A stretch of DNA of 64,000 bases from a virus. Taxonomy: Duplodnaviria > Caudoviricetes. Shown here one piece after another: positions 48,510-57,517 of the stretch. The notes below the pieces were generated by a model. It was not told the DNA's origin, searched no databases, and saw only the letters and a list, made by a program, of their open reading frames with translations. The position numbers were made by a program, and so were the translations under genes. The stretch is from positions 2,059-66,058 of the IMG/VR virus record IMGVR_UViG_2924769383_000001; one strand, written 5' to 3'. Numbering within the stretch: position 1 is the stretch's first letter; every line of letters starts with the position of its first letter.

Positions 48510-49402
48510 GCGATTAGGCCGATTCGCCTGTAATGCTCAAGCATGTCGTCATGCACATAATACGTGTTGTAGTGTATGTTCTGGACGGGTCGGATCTTAT
48601 CTTCCACTCTTTCGAAGGGGCGATAGCCGACATCGGCCATAGCCTCTTTCATGCTAGCGAAATCAGTGATCTCGATCATGACTAGCGGCTGATGCTCTCT
48701 AAGTATGCGCTGCGCGCCAGCGACGGCAGATAATTCGTGACCCTCAACATCGATCTTCAGCCCGACGATGCGTCGGCCATGATGTCTCCACGGAGCATTT
48801 GGCAGTAGCATGTCATCAAGGCGAACCGTCTCAAAGTCAGCCCTCAACACCCTGGCCTCGTATCGGTCAACGAGAGGGATCATTTGCTCACCGACCCGCC
48901 CTGACAGGTAGGTTGAAAACCAACTGGCGAAGGTGGCTCCCCGGATCGTTGTCGTGCCGCCTATAAGATTTCCATTTACCACGAGATTGTAGGCGTCGAC
49001 GGTTCCACTATGATCGCTACAGGCCAAACGAGAGTAGGTGAATTTCGGGTCTATGGCGGCAAGCCGATCAAGTACTGGATGGCAGACGATAAACGGCTCG
49101 AAAGAGTGGATGTGGTTTCGAACGGGTAGATTACGAATTGTGGCTGCGGTGTAGCCGAGGTGCGCGCCGACATCGAGAATGACCGATTCTGTGTCGTTCA
49201 AATGCCGGAACGGCAAGACGTCAATTTCATATATCTCCTTGGAGGCAAGCCAATAGTCGGCGCCTTCAGGATTGGCATCTACCGTCAATTCAGTGATATC
49301 CGCGTAATCTTCTGGCTTCAGTGTCCCCGTGCGGAAACGGTCGAAAAGGCCGTCAACGGCTGACATCATCTCGGTTCTTGCATCTACTAGTGAAATATCC
49401 AT
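48506..49402 (-). CDS. FkbM-family methyltransferase moron
   Basis: ILDVGAHLG, HSFEP, LKIDVEGHEL; convergent with tailspike. Confidence 0.9.
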   Translation of the reverse strand: MDISLVDARTEMMSAVDGLFDRFRTGTLKPEDYADITELTVDANPEGADYWLASKEIYEIDVLPFRHLNDTESVILDVGAHLGYTAATIRNLPVRNHIHSFEPFIVCHPVLDRLAAIDPKFTYSRLACSDHSGTVDAYNLVVNGNLIGGTTTIRGATFASWFSTYLSGRVGEQMIPLVDRYEARVLRADFETVRLDDMLLPNAPWRHHGRRIVGLKIDVEGHELSAVAGAQRILREHQPLVMIEITDFASMKEAMADVGYRPFERVEDKIRPVQNIHYNTYYVHDDMLEHYRRIGLIA

Positions 49403-49499
49403 CTGGTGCCTAATCCTCCCCTTTTGCGCAACGTGTAGGCGAATAGGCGCACCCAGACAAGTCTCAATACGCTAACATCTACCATCAGGAACCAGCCAA

Positions 49500-49709
49500 A
49501 TGACCATCTTTGGCAACATCTCCCGTGCGCTCAACCGGCTATCGGGCGGCCCGCGCGGCCAAACCCTATGCGCCCGCATAGCTGCAAAGTGGCCCGATTG
49601 CCTCTTCTGCCGGCTCCTTAACCACTACGAACCGAACCACTGCGTGATTGAATTAGCGCGGTGGGATAGGCGCGGGACGTCAATGACTGGCCGTCTGCGC
49701 TGGGGCTGA
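49500..49709 (+). CDS. Small conserved phage protein
   Basis: SRALN..GG..QTLCAR...CRLLN.YEPNHC. Confidence 0.6.
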   Translation: MTIFGNISRALNRLSGGPRGQTLCARIAAKWPDCLFCRLLNHYEPNHCVIELARWDRRGTSMTGRLRWG

Positions 49710-49734
49710 GCACCTCTACACGAAAGACAAGACC

Positions 49735-49929
49735 ATGAAACTCATACCCGACGTCGAGCGGGTGCTTAAGCGCGCCTGGTCCCTGCGGCTCATCGAGCTT
49801 GCTGCCGTCACAGACATCATCCTGAACACAGTTCCCGCGATGGAATTCCTGCCTTGGTGGGCAACGCTTGCGCTGCTTGCTGGCGCTTGGACGGCACGCC
49901 TGCTGTGGCAGCCCGACAAGGAGGCTTAA
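49735..49929 (+). CDS. Putative holin
   Basis: 64 aa with hydrophobic segments, KRAWSLRL motif, directly before endolysin. Confidence 0.7.
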   Translation: MKLIPDVERVLKRAWSLRLIELAAVTDIILNTVPAMEFLPWWATLALLAGAWTARLLWQPDKEA

Positions 49930-50504
49930 TGCCCATCCATAAGATTGTATCGAGCAAGCGGGCCAAGGCGGCCATTGCAGCCGTGCTTGCGGCGGGCATT
50001 GCGGTTGGTGGCTTATGGCCGGCATCGACATCGCCTGCTGTTATCCTGGCTACCGACCACCTGATTAAGCCGTGGGAAAGCCTGGTGCTGAAGTCGCATT
50101 GGGATCGTTTTTCCAAGCGGTGGGACATCTGCTACGGCGAGACCAAAGGCATAACGGCCGGCATGACTAAGACCAAGGACGAATGCGACGCGATGCTGAT
50201 CAAGCGCGTCACAAACGACTTCTACAAGCCTCTCACCAGATGCATTGCCGACTTCGACAAGAAGCCGGTCAGCCTTCAGGCGTCGATGATTTCCCTGGCG
50301 TACAATTACGGCGCAGAGAGAACGTGCGCCACGAATGCAGCGCGCCTGACGCGGGCGAGCAAGTTCCGAGCGGCATGCGAAGCGGCGACGGCTATCAACA
50401 AAGCTGGCGGCCAGGTTGTTGAGGGTCTAGTGCGACGCCGTGAGATGGGCGACGCACAGCGCATTGGTGAGGCGGAGCTTTGCGTTAGCGGGCTGCCGGC
50501 ATGA
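49929..50504 (+). CDS. GH24 lysozyme endolysin with SAR-like N-terminus
   Basis: ATG at 49929; KPWESL (Glu), WDICYGET, SLAYNYG, GLVRRR. Confidence 0.92.
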   Translation: MPIHKIVSSKRAKAAIAAVLAAGIAVGGLWPASTSPAVILATDHLIKPWESLVLKSHWDRFSKRWDICYGETKGITAGMTKTKDECDAMLIKRVTNDFYKPLTRCIADFDKKPVSLQASMISLAYNYGAERTCATNAARLTRASKFRAACEAATAINKAGGQVVEGLVRRREMGDAQRIGEAELCVSGLPA

Positions 50505-50875
50505 AATGGCTTGACTTCCTCACAGGCGGCTACGCCAAGCTTATCATTTACGCCATTGCGGCAGCCGCGATCATTGGCGCCTTTGGCTACACGTATCATG
50601 CGGGCAGCGCCCATACCGCTGCCGCTTGGCAGCTAAAATACGACCAGCGTGAAGTCGCCATCACCGCGGCGACCAATGCCGAAATCAGCCGCCAGGCTCA
50701 AGCCAACGCTCTTGCTAAGGCACTCGAGGCCAAGCGGCTCGAGGAACTGGCCGCCGACAACGCGGCGCTTGAACAGAAAATCAAGGAACTCTCAGATGAA
50801 GCGAACGCTGACCCTGATCGTGATCGCGTTTGCCTGTCTGACGGCAGCGGGATGCGTATCGACTCAGTCCATTAA
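50501..50875 (+). CDS. i-spanin (Rz-like)
   Basis: N-terminal TM + coiled coil. Confidence 0.8.
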   Translation: MKWLDFLTGGYAKLIIYAIAAAAIIGAFGYTYHAGSAHTAAAWQLKYDQREVAITAATNAEISRQAQANALAKALEAKRLEELAADNAALEQKIKELSDEANADPDRDRVCLSDGSGMRIDSVH

Positions 50876-51095
50876 GGTGCTGCCTCCGCCCGCCCTGAGC
50901 GAGCCGGACCGCTCCTTGCTCATTGCCTGTCTCGGCCCGGTTCGCCTGCCGAAAGGCGAGCTAAGGCAAAAGGACGTCGAGCGGTTGTGGATTAGTGACA
51001 GGAAAGCGCTGCTGGAGTGCGGACGGCGCTTTGGTGCGCTCCGAGATTTCTACGCGGACAGGGACAAGGCTATCCGCGGAGCGGCGAAGAGATGA
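50796..51095 (+). CDS. o-spanin lipoprotein (Rz1-like)
   Basis: Overlaps Rz 3' end; lipobox TAAGC; Pro-rich. Confidence 0.8.
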   Translation: MKRTLTLIVIAFACLTAAGCVSTQSIKVLPPPALSEPDRSLLIACLGPVRLPKGELRQKDVERLWISDRKALLECGRRFGALRDFYADRDKAIRGAAKR

Positions 51096-51427
51096 CACCT
51101 GAACAGATAGCGGCGGCGGTTGCATTCTTTATCATGGTCTCTGGCGCCATGTGGGCCATCTGGTGGCGCATTGAGGGTAAAGTTGACGCCGCCCGCAAGG
51201 ATGCGCAGGCAACCGCCTCCACGGCGCAGATGACAGCAATGTTGGCACGGGAGGAGTTGTCAAAATACATGCTCCACGTTTCCGAGACCTTTGCCACCAA
51301 GGCTGGAATGCAGGAGCAGACGACTCAACTGCTTCGAGCGATTGAGGGCGTAGGCAACCGCATCGACGGGCTGCACGAACGCCTAGACCGCGCATTTGAG
51401 ACACGTCCTGTCCGCCGCACATCATAG
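51092..51427 (+). CDS. Single-TM coiled-coil protein at end of lysis cassette
   Basis: VAFFIMVSGAMWAIWW TM; RIDGLHERLDR tail. Confidence 0.75.
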   Translation: MTPEQIAAAVAFFIMVSGAMWAIWWRIEGKVDAARKDAQATASTAQMTAMLAREELSKYMLHVSETFATKAGMQEQTTQLLRAIEGVGNRIDGLHERLDRAFETRPVRRTS

Positions 51428-51433
51428 ACCCAC

Positions 51434-51465
51434 GCCCGTCAGCCGAAAGGTTGGCGGGCTTTTTT
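51434..51465 (+). terminator. Intrinsic terminator of late operon
   Basis: GCCCGTCAGCC-GAAA-GGTTGGCGGGC-TTTTTT. Confidence 0.9.
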
Positions 51466-51471
51466 GCGTTT

Positions 51472-51522
51472 TAGGCGGTTTCGCATGTGATTGTTGACAA
51501 GAAAGGCGAAAGCGCCTATAAG
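51472..51522 (+). promoter_or_regulatory. Second operator pair and promoter matching the immunity switch
   Basis: TAGGCGGTTTCGCATG 51472-51487, TTGACA 51494-51499, AAGGCGAAAGCGCCTA 51503-51518, TATAAG 51517-51522. Confidence 0.85.
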
Positions 51523-51565
51523 TTGGAATAACAGCATATTTGATTCCAACCACAGGGGAACACCA

Positions 51566-52243
51566 ATGCGCATTCTTGCCGCCACCCTTCTTGCTGCCTC
51601 GGCCCTGTGTGTTGTGGGGTGCGCCACAGGTATCCAGTCCAGTGCGCCGGTTGCAGGTTCGTCCGTTCGCATCGAACTGCCTACCAGTTTGGGCAGTGGC
51701 GTCTATATCGGGAATGGCGTCATCATCACCGCGGCGCATGTTGTTGACGGTGCGCCGCAGTCAAGAGTTGAAGTGCAGCCTGGCGTAACAATTTCAGGCC
51801 CGCAGACAGTTCGTCTTATCAGTGACCAGGGCGACGTCCAGACCGGCGAAGTGCTCTGGCTCAACAAAGAGTACGACATCGCGGCCATCAGGCCAGCGAA
51901 TGCGCGCCGCTTTGCCGCAGCGGGACTTGCCTGCCGCGAGCCTGACTTGGGCGAGGCGCTTGTTGCGGAGGGCAACCCGGCAGGCGTGAAGTTCATTCAA
52001 ATGCACGGCTATGTTTCCGGCGACACCCGTCCATTCTTGCCAAACTGGAAGTCAGGTTTCGTTACCGACATGACGGTGATTTCCGGAATGAGCGGTGGTG
52101 GCGTTTACGACCAGTTCGGCGCCGTGATCGGCATTACTGTTGGCGCATTCGACCCACACGGCCAGCAAGGCCAAACAGCGCAGGGCGGCATGGGCTTTGC
52201 GGTGCCGTCGAAGGTGGTTTGTGAACTGCTTGGCCGCGCTTAA
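51566..52243 (+). CDS. Lipoprotein trypsin-like serine protease (HtrA-type domain, no PDZ)
   Basis: Lipobox VVGC; TAAHVV, YDIAAI, GMSGGG triad. Confidence 0.9.
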   Translation: MRILAATLLAASALCVVGCATGIQSSAPVAGSSVRIELPTSLGSGVYIGNGVIITAAHVVDGAPQSRVEVQPGVTISGPQTVRLISDQGDVQTGEVLWLNKEYDIAAIRPANARRFAAAGLACREPDLGEALVAEGNPAGVKFIQMHGYVSGDTRPFLPNWKSGFVTDMTVISGMSGGGVYDQFGAVIGITVGAFDPHGQQGQTAQGGMGFAVPSKVVCELLGRA

Positions 52244-52249
52244 GGGGAG

Positions 52250-52570
52250 ATGGCAATGTCAAAGTCCGAAACCAAGCAGCAATCTCGCACCATGCCGTTC
52301 ATCATTGCAGCCTATGCAATCGGCGCATTCCTGACGTTCGGCCATATCTTCAATCAGAATTACGTTGAGCCGACTCCCGTTGTCGACTGCGGGCAGATGC
52401 CCGAAGTCTTGGGTCACGGATGGGATGCTTACTGGGATTGTAGGCAGTCCAACATCTATGCTCCAGGCACCGGCACTTCCCGGTTTGAGGCCGGATTCCC
52501 CGCCGCCTATGCAGCCATCGCCTGGCCCATCTATTGGGGTGGCCACTTCGCCATCAAGGTGACGAAATGA
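52250..52570 (+). CDS. Membrane protein
   Basis: AYAIGAFLTFGH and AAIAWPIYW hydrophobic segments. Confidence 0.7.
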   Translation: MAMSKSETKQQSRTMPFIIAAYAIGAFLTFGHIFNQNYVEPTPVVDCGQMPEVLGHGWDAYWDCRQSNIYAPGTGTSRFEAGFPAAYAAIAWPIYWGGHFAIKVTK

Positions 52571-52709
52571 CCGCAAGTCTCGCACTGTCAATCCCTAGCG
52601 CAGTCGCCTTTGCTTTCGCTGGCGTGCTCGCTTACCGCGGCACCGAAGGTTGGGGCTGGTTTCTCTTTGCCGGCCTGCTTGCTGCGGGCAGCATGAAGGT
52701 TGTTGCATC

Positions 52710-53219
52710 ATGACCCTCACCCGCAAATTGTTCATCATCAATTTCGCTTGGGCGGCACTCGTCGCTTGGGCGTGGTTTATGGGGTATGTGCAGCGCGTTA
52801 CGGAAGCGGACGCTGTGCATATGGCTTATGTCATTGCGGCAGTCTTTGCGGCTGGCCTTGCGTCGACGTTCTGGCAGGCACGGAAGGTGGACGAGCGGAT
52901 GCGACAGCGCTCATGGACTGGTAATGAGCGAGAGCGCGGGTACACGTCCATTGTTCGGGAAAGCGCCCATCTGTATGATGTCTTCGTCGCGCTGTTCCTT
53001 CTCGGTATCATTGGCAACGCGATCGGCTTCCTTGTGGCATTCGGCGGCGTTGACGTCGGCGCGCTGTCGGACCCGGAAGGTATCCGCAAGGCTGGCGCGC
53101 AACTCCTATCCGGTGCAGGCACCGCCTTCGGCTCAACACTAGTTGGACTGACGCTCGCACTTTGGACTTCTGTCAATCTGCGCATCTTGGCTACGGCTAC
53201 CGATCGGCTCGCGCCATGA
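52710..53219 (+). CDS. MotA/TolQ/ExbB-like membrane protein
   Basis: LLGIIGNAIGFLVAF...LLSGAGTAFGSTLVGL resembles ExbB/TolQ TM signature. Confidence 0.7.
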   Translation: MTLTRKLFIINFAWAALVAWAWFMGYVQRVTEADAVHMAYVIAAVFAAGLASTFWQARKVDERMRQRSWTGNERERGYTSIVRESAHLYDVFVALFLLGIIGNAIGFLVAFGGVDVGALSDPEGIRKAGAQLLSGAGTAFGSTLVGLTLALWTSVNLRILATATDRLAP

Positions 53220-53785
53220 GCCGACCGTCGCACGCTTCACACGTATGGTTGTTTGCGTTCGTTGATGTGCTTCTGGTGCTGACGTTTGTGCTTGCGTCGT
53301 TTGTGTTCCTTGCCCTTCCGCAAATCAACCCGCCAGCACGAGACAACCCCGACGCCCTGCCGCCTCCGGGTAGCCTAGCTGTAGTCGCTGCATGGCCGGA
53401 AGGCAGCGTGGATGTTGATCTATGGCTTAAGTCGCCAGACGACGACAAGCCGGTTGGCTACTCCAGAAAAGACGGCACGGTCTGCGCACTACTGCGTGAC
53501 GACCTCGGCACCACGAACGACGGCAGCCCGTTTAATGCTGAAAATGCCTTCTGCCGCGCGCTGCCTGCCGGCGAATATGTGGTGAACACCCACGCATATT
53601 CGGTGCCTGCGGAGGGCGTGAAGGTGCATGTCGAGATCGCGCTTAACGGTCGGCTGCTTGTGTCAAGGGATATGGATTTGCGCCCCAAGCAAGAGCGCAC
53701 TGTGGCGCGGTTCACGTTGGATGGGGGCGGCCAGGTTGTGAGCAGTAACGAGGTTTATTTGCCGCTCCGCTCAGCGAACAAGTAG
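53216..53785 (+). CDS. ExbD/TolR/MotB-like single-TM protein
   Basis: FAFVDVLLVL with Asp in TM, Pro-rich linker, periplasmic beta domain. Confidence 0.65.
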   Translation: MSRPSHASHVWLFAFVDVLLVLTFVLASFVFLALPQINPPARDNPDALPPPGSLAVVAAWPEGSVDVDLWLKSPDDDKPVGYSRKDGTVCALLRDDLGTTNDGSPFNAENAFCRALPAGEYVVNTHAYSVPAEGVKVHVEIALNGRLLVSRDMDLRPKQERTVARFTLDGGGQVVSSNEVYLPLRSANK

Positions 53786-53794
53786 GAGGGAATT

Positions 53795-54121
53795 ATGTGC
53801 GCAGTTAGCATGGTTGGCGATCACTACAATGAGAAATGGCACGACCAGCCTTGGGCTAAGCCGCTGCAGCCATTTCGCGTCTATCCCGAAGGGTGGCCCT
53901 TGACGCCAACTAAGGTTGAGGCGGTTCCATCCGTTTATGTGTCGAAGCTAGAATTTGACGCTCTTAAGAAGGACGTCGAAGAAATGAAGGCGCTGCTCAT
54001 TCGCGCCAAGGAATACGATGAGCGCAACAATGAGCCGCACTGCGAAATCGAAGACAAGGTTGCCTTACTCAAGCGCGTCGCCGAGGCGGTAGGCGTAGAC
54101 CTGTCAGAGGTATTCAAATGA
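53795..54121 (+). CDS. Hypothetical protein
   Basis: SD GGAGGG; MCAVSMVGDHY...EPHCE motif. Confidence 0.75.
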   Translation: MCAVSMVGDHYNEKWHDQPWAKPLQPFRVYPEGWPLTPTKVEAVPSVYVSKLEFDALKKDVEEMKALLIRAKEYDERNNEPHCEIEDKVALLKRVAEAVGVDLSEVFK

Positions 54122-54312
54122 AGATCAAGAATGATGGTGGTCAGGCTTTCCCATACAATACGGCATGGGGCACGCCAGGCATGACGCTGCGCGACTGGTT
54201 CGCGGGGCAGGTTATTGCCGGTCACTTCCACATTGATCCGGCAGTCCAGTACAGTTACGCGCAGACGGCTTACACAATGGCCGACGCCATGCTCGCGGCT
54301 CGCGACAAATGA
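54118..54312 (+). CDS. Conserved small phage protein
   Basis: DGGQAFP..GMTLRDWFAGQ..AYTMADAMLAAR. Confidence 0.8.
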   Translation: MKIKNDGGQAFPYNTAWGTPGMTLRDWFAGQVIAGHFHIDPAVQYSYAQTAYTMADAMLAARDK

Positions 54313-54597
54313 CCCAGTTCGCATGGGCCGGCGTCTGCTTCGCGGCGTTCCTGGTTGCGGCGGGCACGTTCAGTGCTGTCGGTCTTTGGTGGTTGGGAGA
54401 GGAGGAGGAGGTGTGATGGATATCTGGCATGGCGCGCAATGGGTGTTGGCAACCTATTTTGCGATGATGACGGCGATCAATTTCTTCGGCGTTACGCTAC
54501 AGAAGACATCCTATCCGACACGGGCAGGGTGGCTGTTCGGAAAGCTTGCGACGCGGTCGGCTCTAGTTGCCGTACTATATTGGGGAGGCTTTTGGTC

Positions 54598-55017
54598 ATG
54601 ATCGCCTCAACCTGGCTCTGCCTTATGCTCACACTTGCCGCCTACGCATGGTTCGCCTATCGCACACCTTACGTGCTTCCAATCCTGGCCGCAGCGGCAG
54701 CCTTTGCGATGTACGTGCCAACCGGCACGCCGCGCCTTACGGCGCCGCCCGCTGGACACTACGAAGTGCTTGGCGCCGACATCGTGGTCGACCAGTACAT
54801 TGATGCGCTGCTTAAGCCGGAGGGTGGCGAAGCCATGCTTTACCGCCTGCCGTATAGCACAGCGCAAGCCAATGCATTGCAGGCTGCCAAGGATGGCGGC
54901 AACGGCGTTAGCGCCGAAGTCGGCACCGATGGTGGGGTTGCTTATGACGGCGACCCGCCCGTTACCGACACTGAGAATAAGCATGCGGAAGAGCCGCAAT
55001 TGAACGTTGGAGGGTGA
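54598..55017 (+). CDS. Membrane-anchored hypothetical protein
   Basis: Two N-terminal TM segments then GTPR..YRLPYS. Confidence 0.7.
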   Translation: MIASTWLCLMLTLAAYAWFAYRTPYVLPILAAAAAFAMYVPTGTPRLTAPPAGHYEVLGADIVVDQYIDALLKPEGGEAMLYRLPYSTAQANALQAAKDGGNGVSAEVGTDGGVAYDGDPPVTDTENKHAEEPQLNVGG

Positions 55018-55229
55018 TTATGGACGACGGATGGATTGAGTGGCGCGGCGGGGAGTGTCCGGTTGATGGCGACGTGACTGTTGAGGTTCGTTTTCAAAAT
55101 ATGCGCCACGAAGAGGGCGAGCCAACTACGATCGAGATGGCGGGCGCTATGTGGTGGGACCATCGCGAGTACGGAGGTGTAGACAGCCCTGGAAATATTC
55201 TGGCCTACCGCATCCACAAGGAATCCTGA
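55014..55229 (+). CDS. Small conserved phage protein
   Basis: GWIEWRGGECPV..VEVRF..ILAYRI. Confidence 0.75.
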   Translation: MIMDDGWIEWRGGECPVDGDVTVEVRFQNMRHEEGEPTTIEMAGAMWWDHREYGGVDSPGNILAYRIHKES

Positions 55230-56497
55230 TTTTGCCAACACCATCAGTCACAGACGAAGCCATCGCCGCGACCGTAGCGGCGCGCCAGGCGCACAAGACC
55301 AATGTCGACGCAGCCAAGGCGCTCGGCATTGATGAGAAGACCGTGCGCCGCCACATGACGCTTGCTGCGGAGCGGGGGATGTTAGGCTTCAATCCTGTGC
55401 TCGACGGCTTTGCCGTGTCTCAGGTCTCGGGCAAGGTCGACGGCCATTGGGTCAAGCAGCGTAAGGCGGCTGGCGAAGTCTTTGAAGTGCCGGTCGGCCA
55501 AAAAATCAAGGGCGTCAGTGCGCTCGTGGATCCCGATGGGCGCGAGCTTATCAAGTGGATTAAGACTGATGCCGCGCGCGAAGTGCAACAGAAAGCCTTT
55601 GAGGCGATGGTTGCGGCTTTTGCAGACGCGCTGCCTCGCGCTGAACCGGTTCCTGTACCGCGATGGACTAACGCCGACTTGCTCTGCCAGTACACCATTA
55701 CGGATGCACACCTTGGCGCTCTGGCATGGAATGAGGAAACGGGAGGCGGGGATTACGATCTCTCAATTGGCGAGGAACTGCTGATCGACTGGTTTGCGGC
55801 GGCTATTGCAACATCGCCACCGGCCAAGCGAGCCGTCTTTGCTCAGCTTGGCGACTTCCTTCACTATGACTCGTTCAAGAGCATAACGCCGGAACACGGT
55901 CACTTGCTCGACGGCGACACGCGCTACCCAAAGATGGTGCGGGCAGCCATTCGCGTGGTGCGTACCGTAATACGCCTCTTGCTCGAAAAGCACGAGCAAC
56001 TCGACATCATCATGAGTGACGCCAACCACGACCCATCAAGCGAGGTGTGGCTGCGCGAGATGCTTGCCGCATTTTACGACCATGAGCCACGTATCAAGGT
56101 AGATACCAATCCCGGCACATACTCGATGCTCGAGCATGGCGACGTCACGCTCTTTTATCATCACGGTCATCGTCGCGGTGTCGGCCAAGTCGACTCAGTG
56201 TTCGTCGGCAAATTCCGCGAAGCCTATGGTCGCACTCGTTTCTCATATGCGCACGTCGGTCATAAGCACGCCGATGAATTGAAGACCACCAATCTAATGA
56301 AGGTTGAGCAGCATGAGACGCTAGCCGCGCCCGACGCCTACGCGGCGAACGGCGGATGGCTATCCGGTAGGTCGGCCAAGGTCATCTACTACCATTCGAA
56401 GTTCGGATACGTGGGCCGCAACATCATGACTCCGGAAATGGTTGCCGGTGCCTACCTGGCCGCTAATGACAACGAACCGAAGGAGATGGCGGCGTGA
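55151..56497 (+). CDS. HTH + calcineurin-like metallophosphoesterase (start probably TTG 55232)
   Basis: ITDAHLG, LGDFLH, DANHD, YHHGH, GHKH; ends AANDNEPKEMAA. Confidence 0.85.
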   Translation: MVGPSRVRRCRQPWKYSGLPHPQGILILPTPSVTDEAIAATVAARQAHKTNVDAAKALGIDEKTVRRHMTLAAERGMLGFNPVLDGFAVSQVSGKVDGHWVKQRKAAGEVFEVPVGQKIKGVSALVDPDGRELIKWIKTDAAREVQQKAFEAMVAAFADALPRAEPVPVPRWTNADLLCQYTITDAHLGALAWNEETGGGDYDLSIGEELLIDWFAAAIATSPPAKRAVFAQLGDFLHYDSFKSITPEHGHLLDGDTRYPKMVRAAIRVVRTVIRLLLEKHEQLDIIMSDANHDPSSEVWLREMLAAFYDHEPRIKVDTNPGTYSMLEHGDVTLFYHHGHRRGVGQVDSVFVGKFREAYGRTRFSYAHVGHKHADELKTTNLMKVEQHETLAAPDAYAANGGWLSGRSAKVIYYHSKFGYVGRNIMTPEMVAGAYLAANDNEPKEMAA

Positions 56498-56694
56498 CAG
56501 TCCTATACGATCCACCAAGCGGTTGGAGGTTTGGCTTCCCAAAGCCTTATGAGCCTTCAAATCCGCTTGAGCCTATCGAGCACACGTTGCGACGCGACGG
56601 CTATCCAGACGAGTTGCTGGCGCAAGGCTTGGCGAAATATTGCCGGTTCATGGGTAGCGATGAGGAATTGGAGGGCTTGCCGGATGCCGCTTAA
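56494..56694 (+). CDS. Small conserved phage protein
   Basis: YDPPSGWRFGFPK motif. Confidence 0.75.
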   Translation: MTVLYDPPSGWRFGFPKPYEPSNPLEPIEHTLRRDGYPDELLAQGLAKYCRFMGSDEELEGLPDAA

Positions 56695-57517
56695 TTGGGA
56701 CTCCGCAGCCCGCCGCTACGTCGAGCACGACACGCTGCCGCAGGAGACGTTTGGGCCGATGACCCGCGCAGAGTTCGATGCGGCACCGGTAGAATTCACC
56801 AACGACAACGTTGGCTTGCGAGGCGCGGCAGCCGAGGGCGCACGTGCCGTGGCGTCGACAGTCCATGTCCGCATTCCATCCAACGACAACACCGCTCGCC
56901 GGGGCGACTTCATGCAGACTTTCACGGCCCGCCAGTTCTGGCCGTTGGACGCTCGCAACGACGAGGTGCATATCGAGGACATTGCGCACAGTTTGAGCCT
57001 GCAATGTCGGTATGCCGGCCACTGCAAGCAGTTCTACAGCGTGGCGGAGCACTCCGTCCTGATTGCTAACTGGATCTGGTGGCACGGTTCCGCTGCCGAT
57101 GCGCTGTGCGGTCTGCTGCATGACGCTACCGAAGCCTATCTGGTCGACATGCCGCGACCTGTGAAGCGTAGCTTGCACGAGTATAGGCTGCACGAGGCGG
57201 CGCTCTGGAAAGTGATCGCCGCGCGCTACGGCTTGCCAGGGGTAATGCCAGATGTTGTGCACGAGGCTGACAATCGCATCATCGCAGACGAACTCGTCAA
57301 CATGGCGCCGATGGCATGGCACGCAAAGCATGACGACCCCCTTGGCGTCGAGTTGCAATTCTGGTCGCCGGCAGAGGCTGAGGCGAATTTTCTGGCGACG
57401 TTCGCGGCTTTGCAGAAGTTGGGCACACCAACAAACGACGACCACTACCCCGAACATGACCGCGCGGCGTCTGCGTCCGACCGCGCTTATCAATTGGCGA
57501 AGGAGGATATGGGGTGA
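56684..57517 (+). CDS. HD-domain phosphohydrolase (YfbR/5'-deoxynucleotidase-like)
   Basis: YSVAEHSV, LLHDATEAY, HEADNR. Confidence 0.88.
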   Translation: MPLNWDSAARRYVEHDTLPQETFGPMTRAEFDAAPVEFTNDNVGLRGAAAEGARAVASTVHVRIPSNDNTARRGDFMQTFTARQFWPLDARNDEVHIEDIAHSLSLQCRYAGHCKQFYSVAEHSVLIANWIWWHGSAADALCGLLHDATEAYLVDMPRPVKRSLHEYRLHEAALWKVIAARYGLPGVMPDVVHEADNRIIADELVNMAPMAWHAKHDDPLGVELQFWSPAEAEANFLATFAALQKLGTPTNDDHYPEHDRAASASDRAYQLAKEDMG

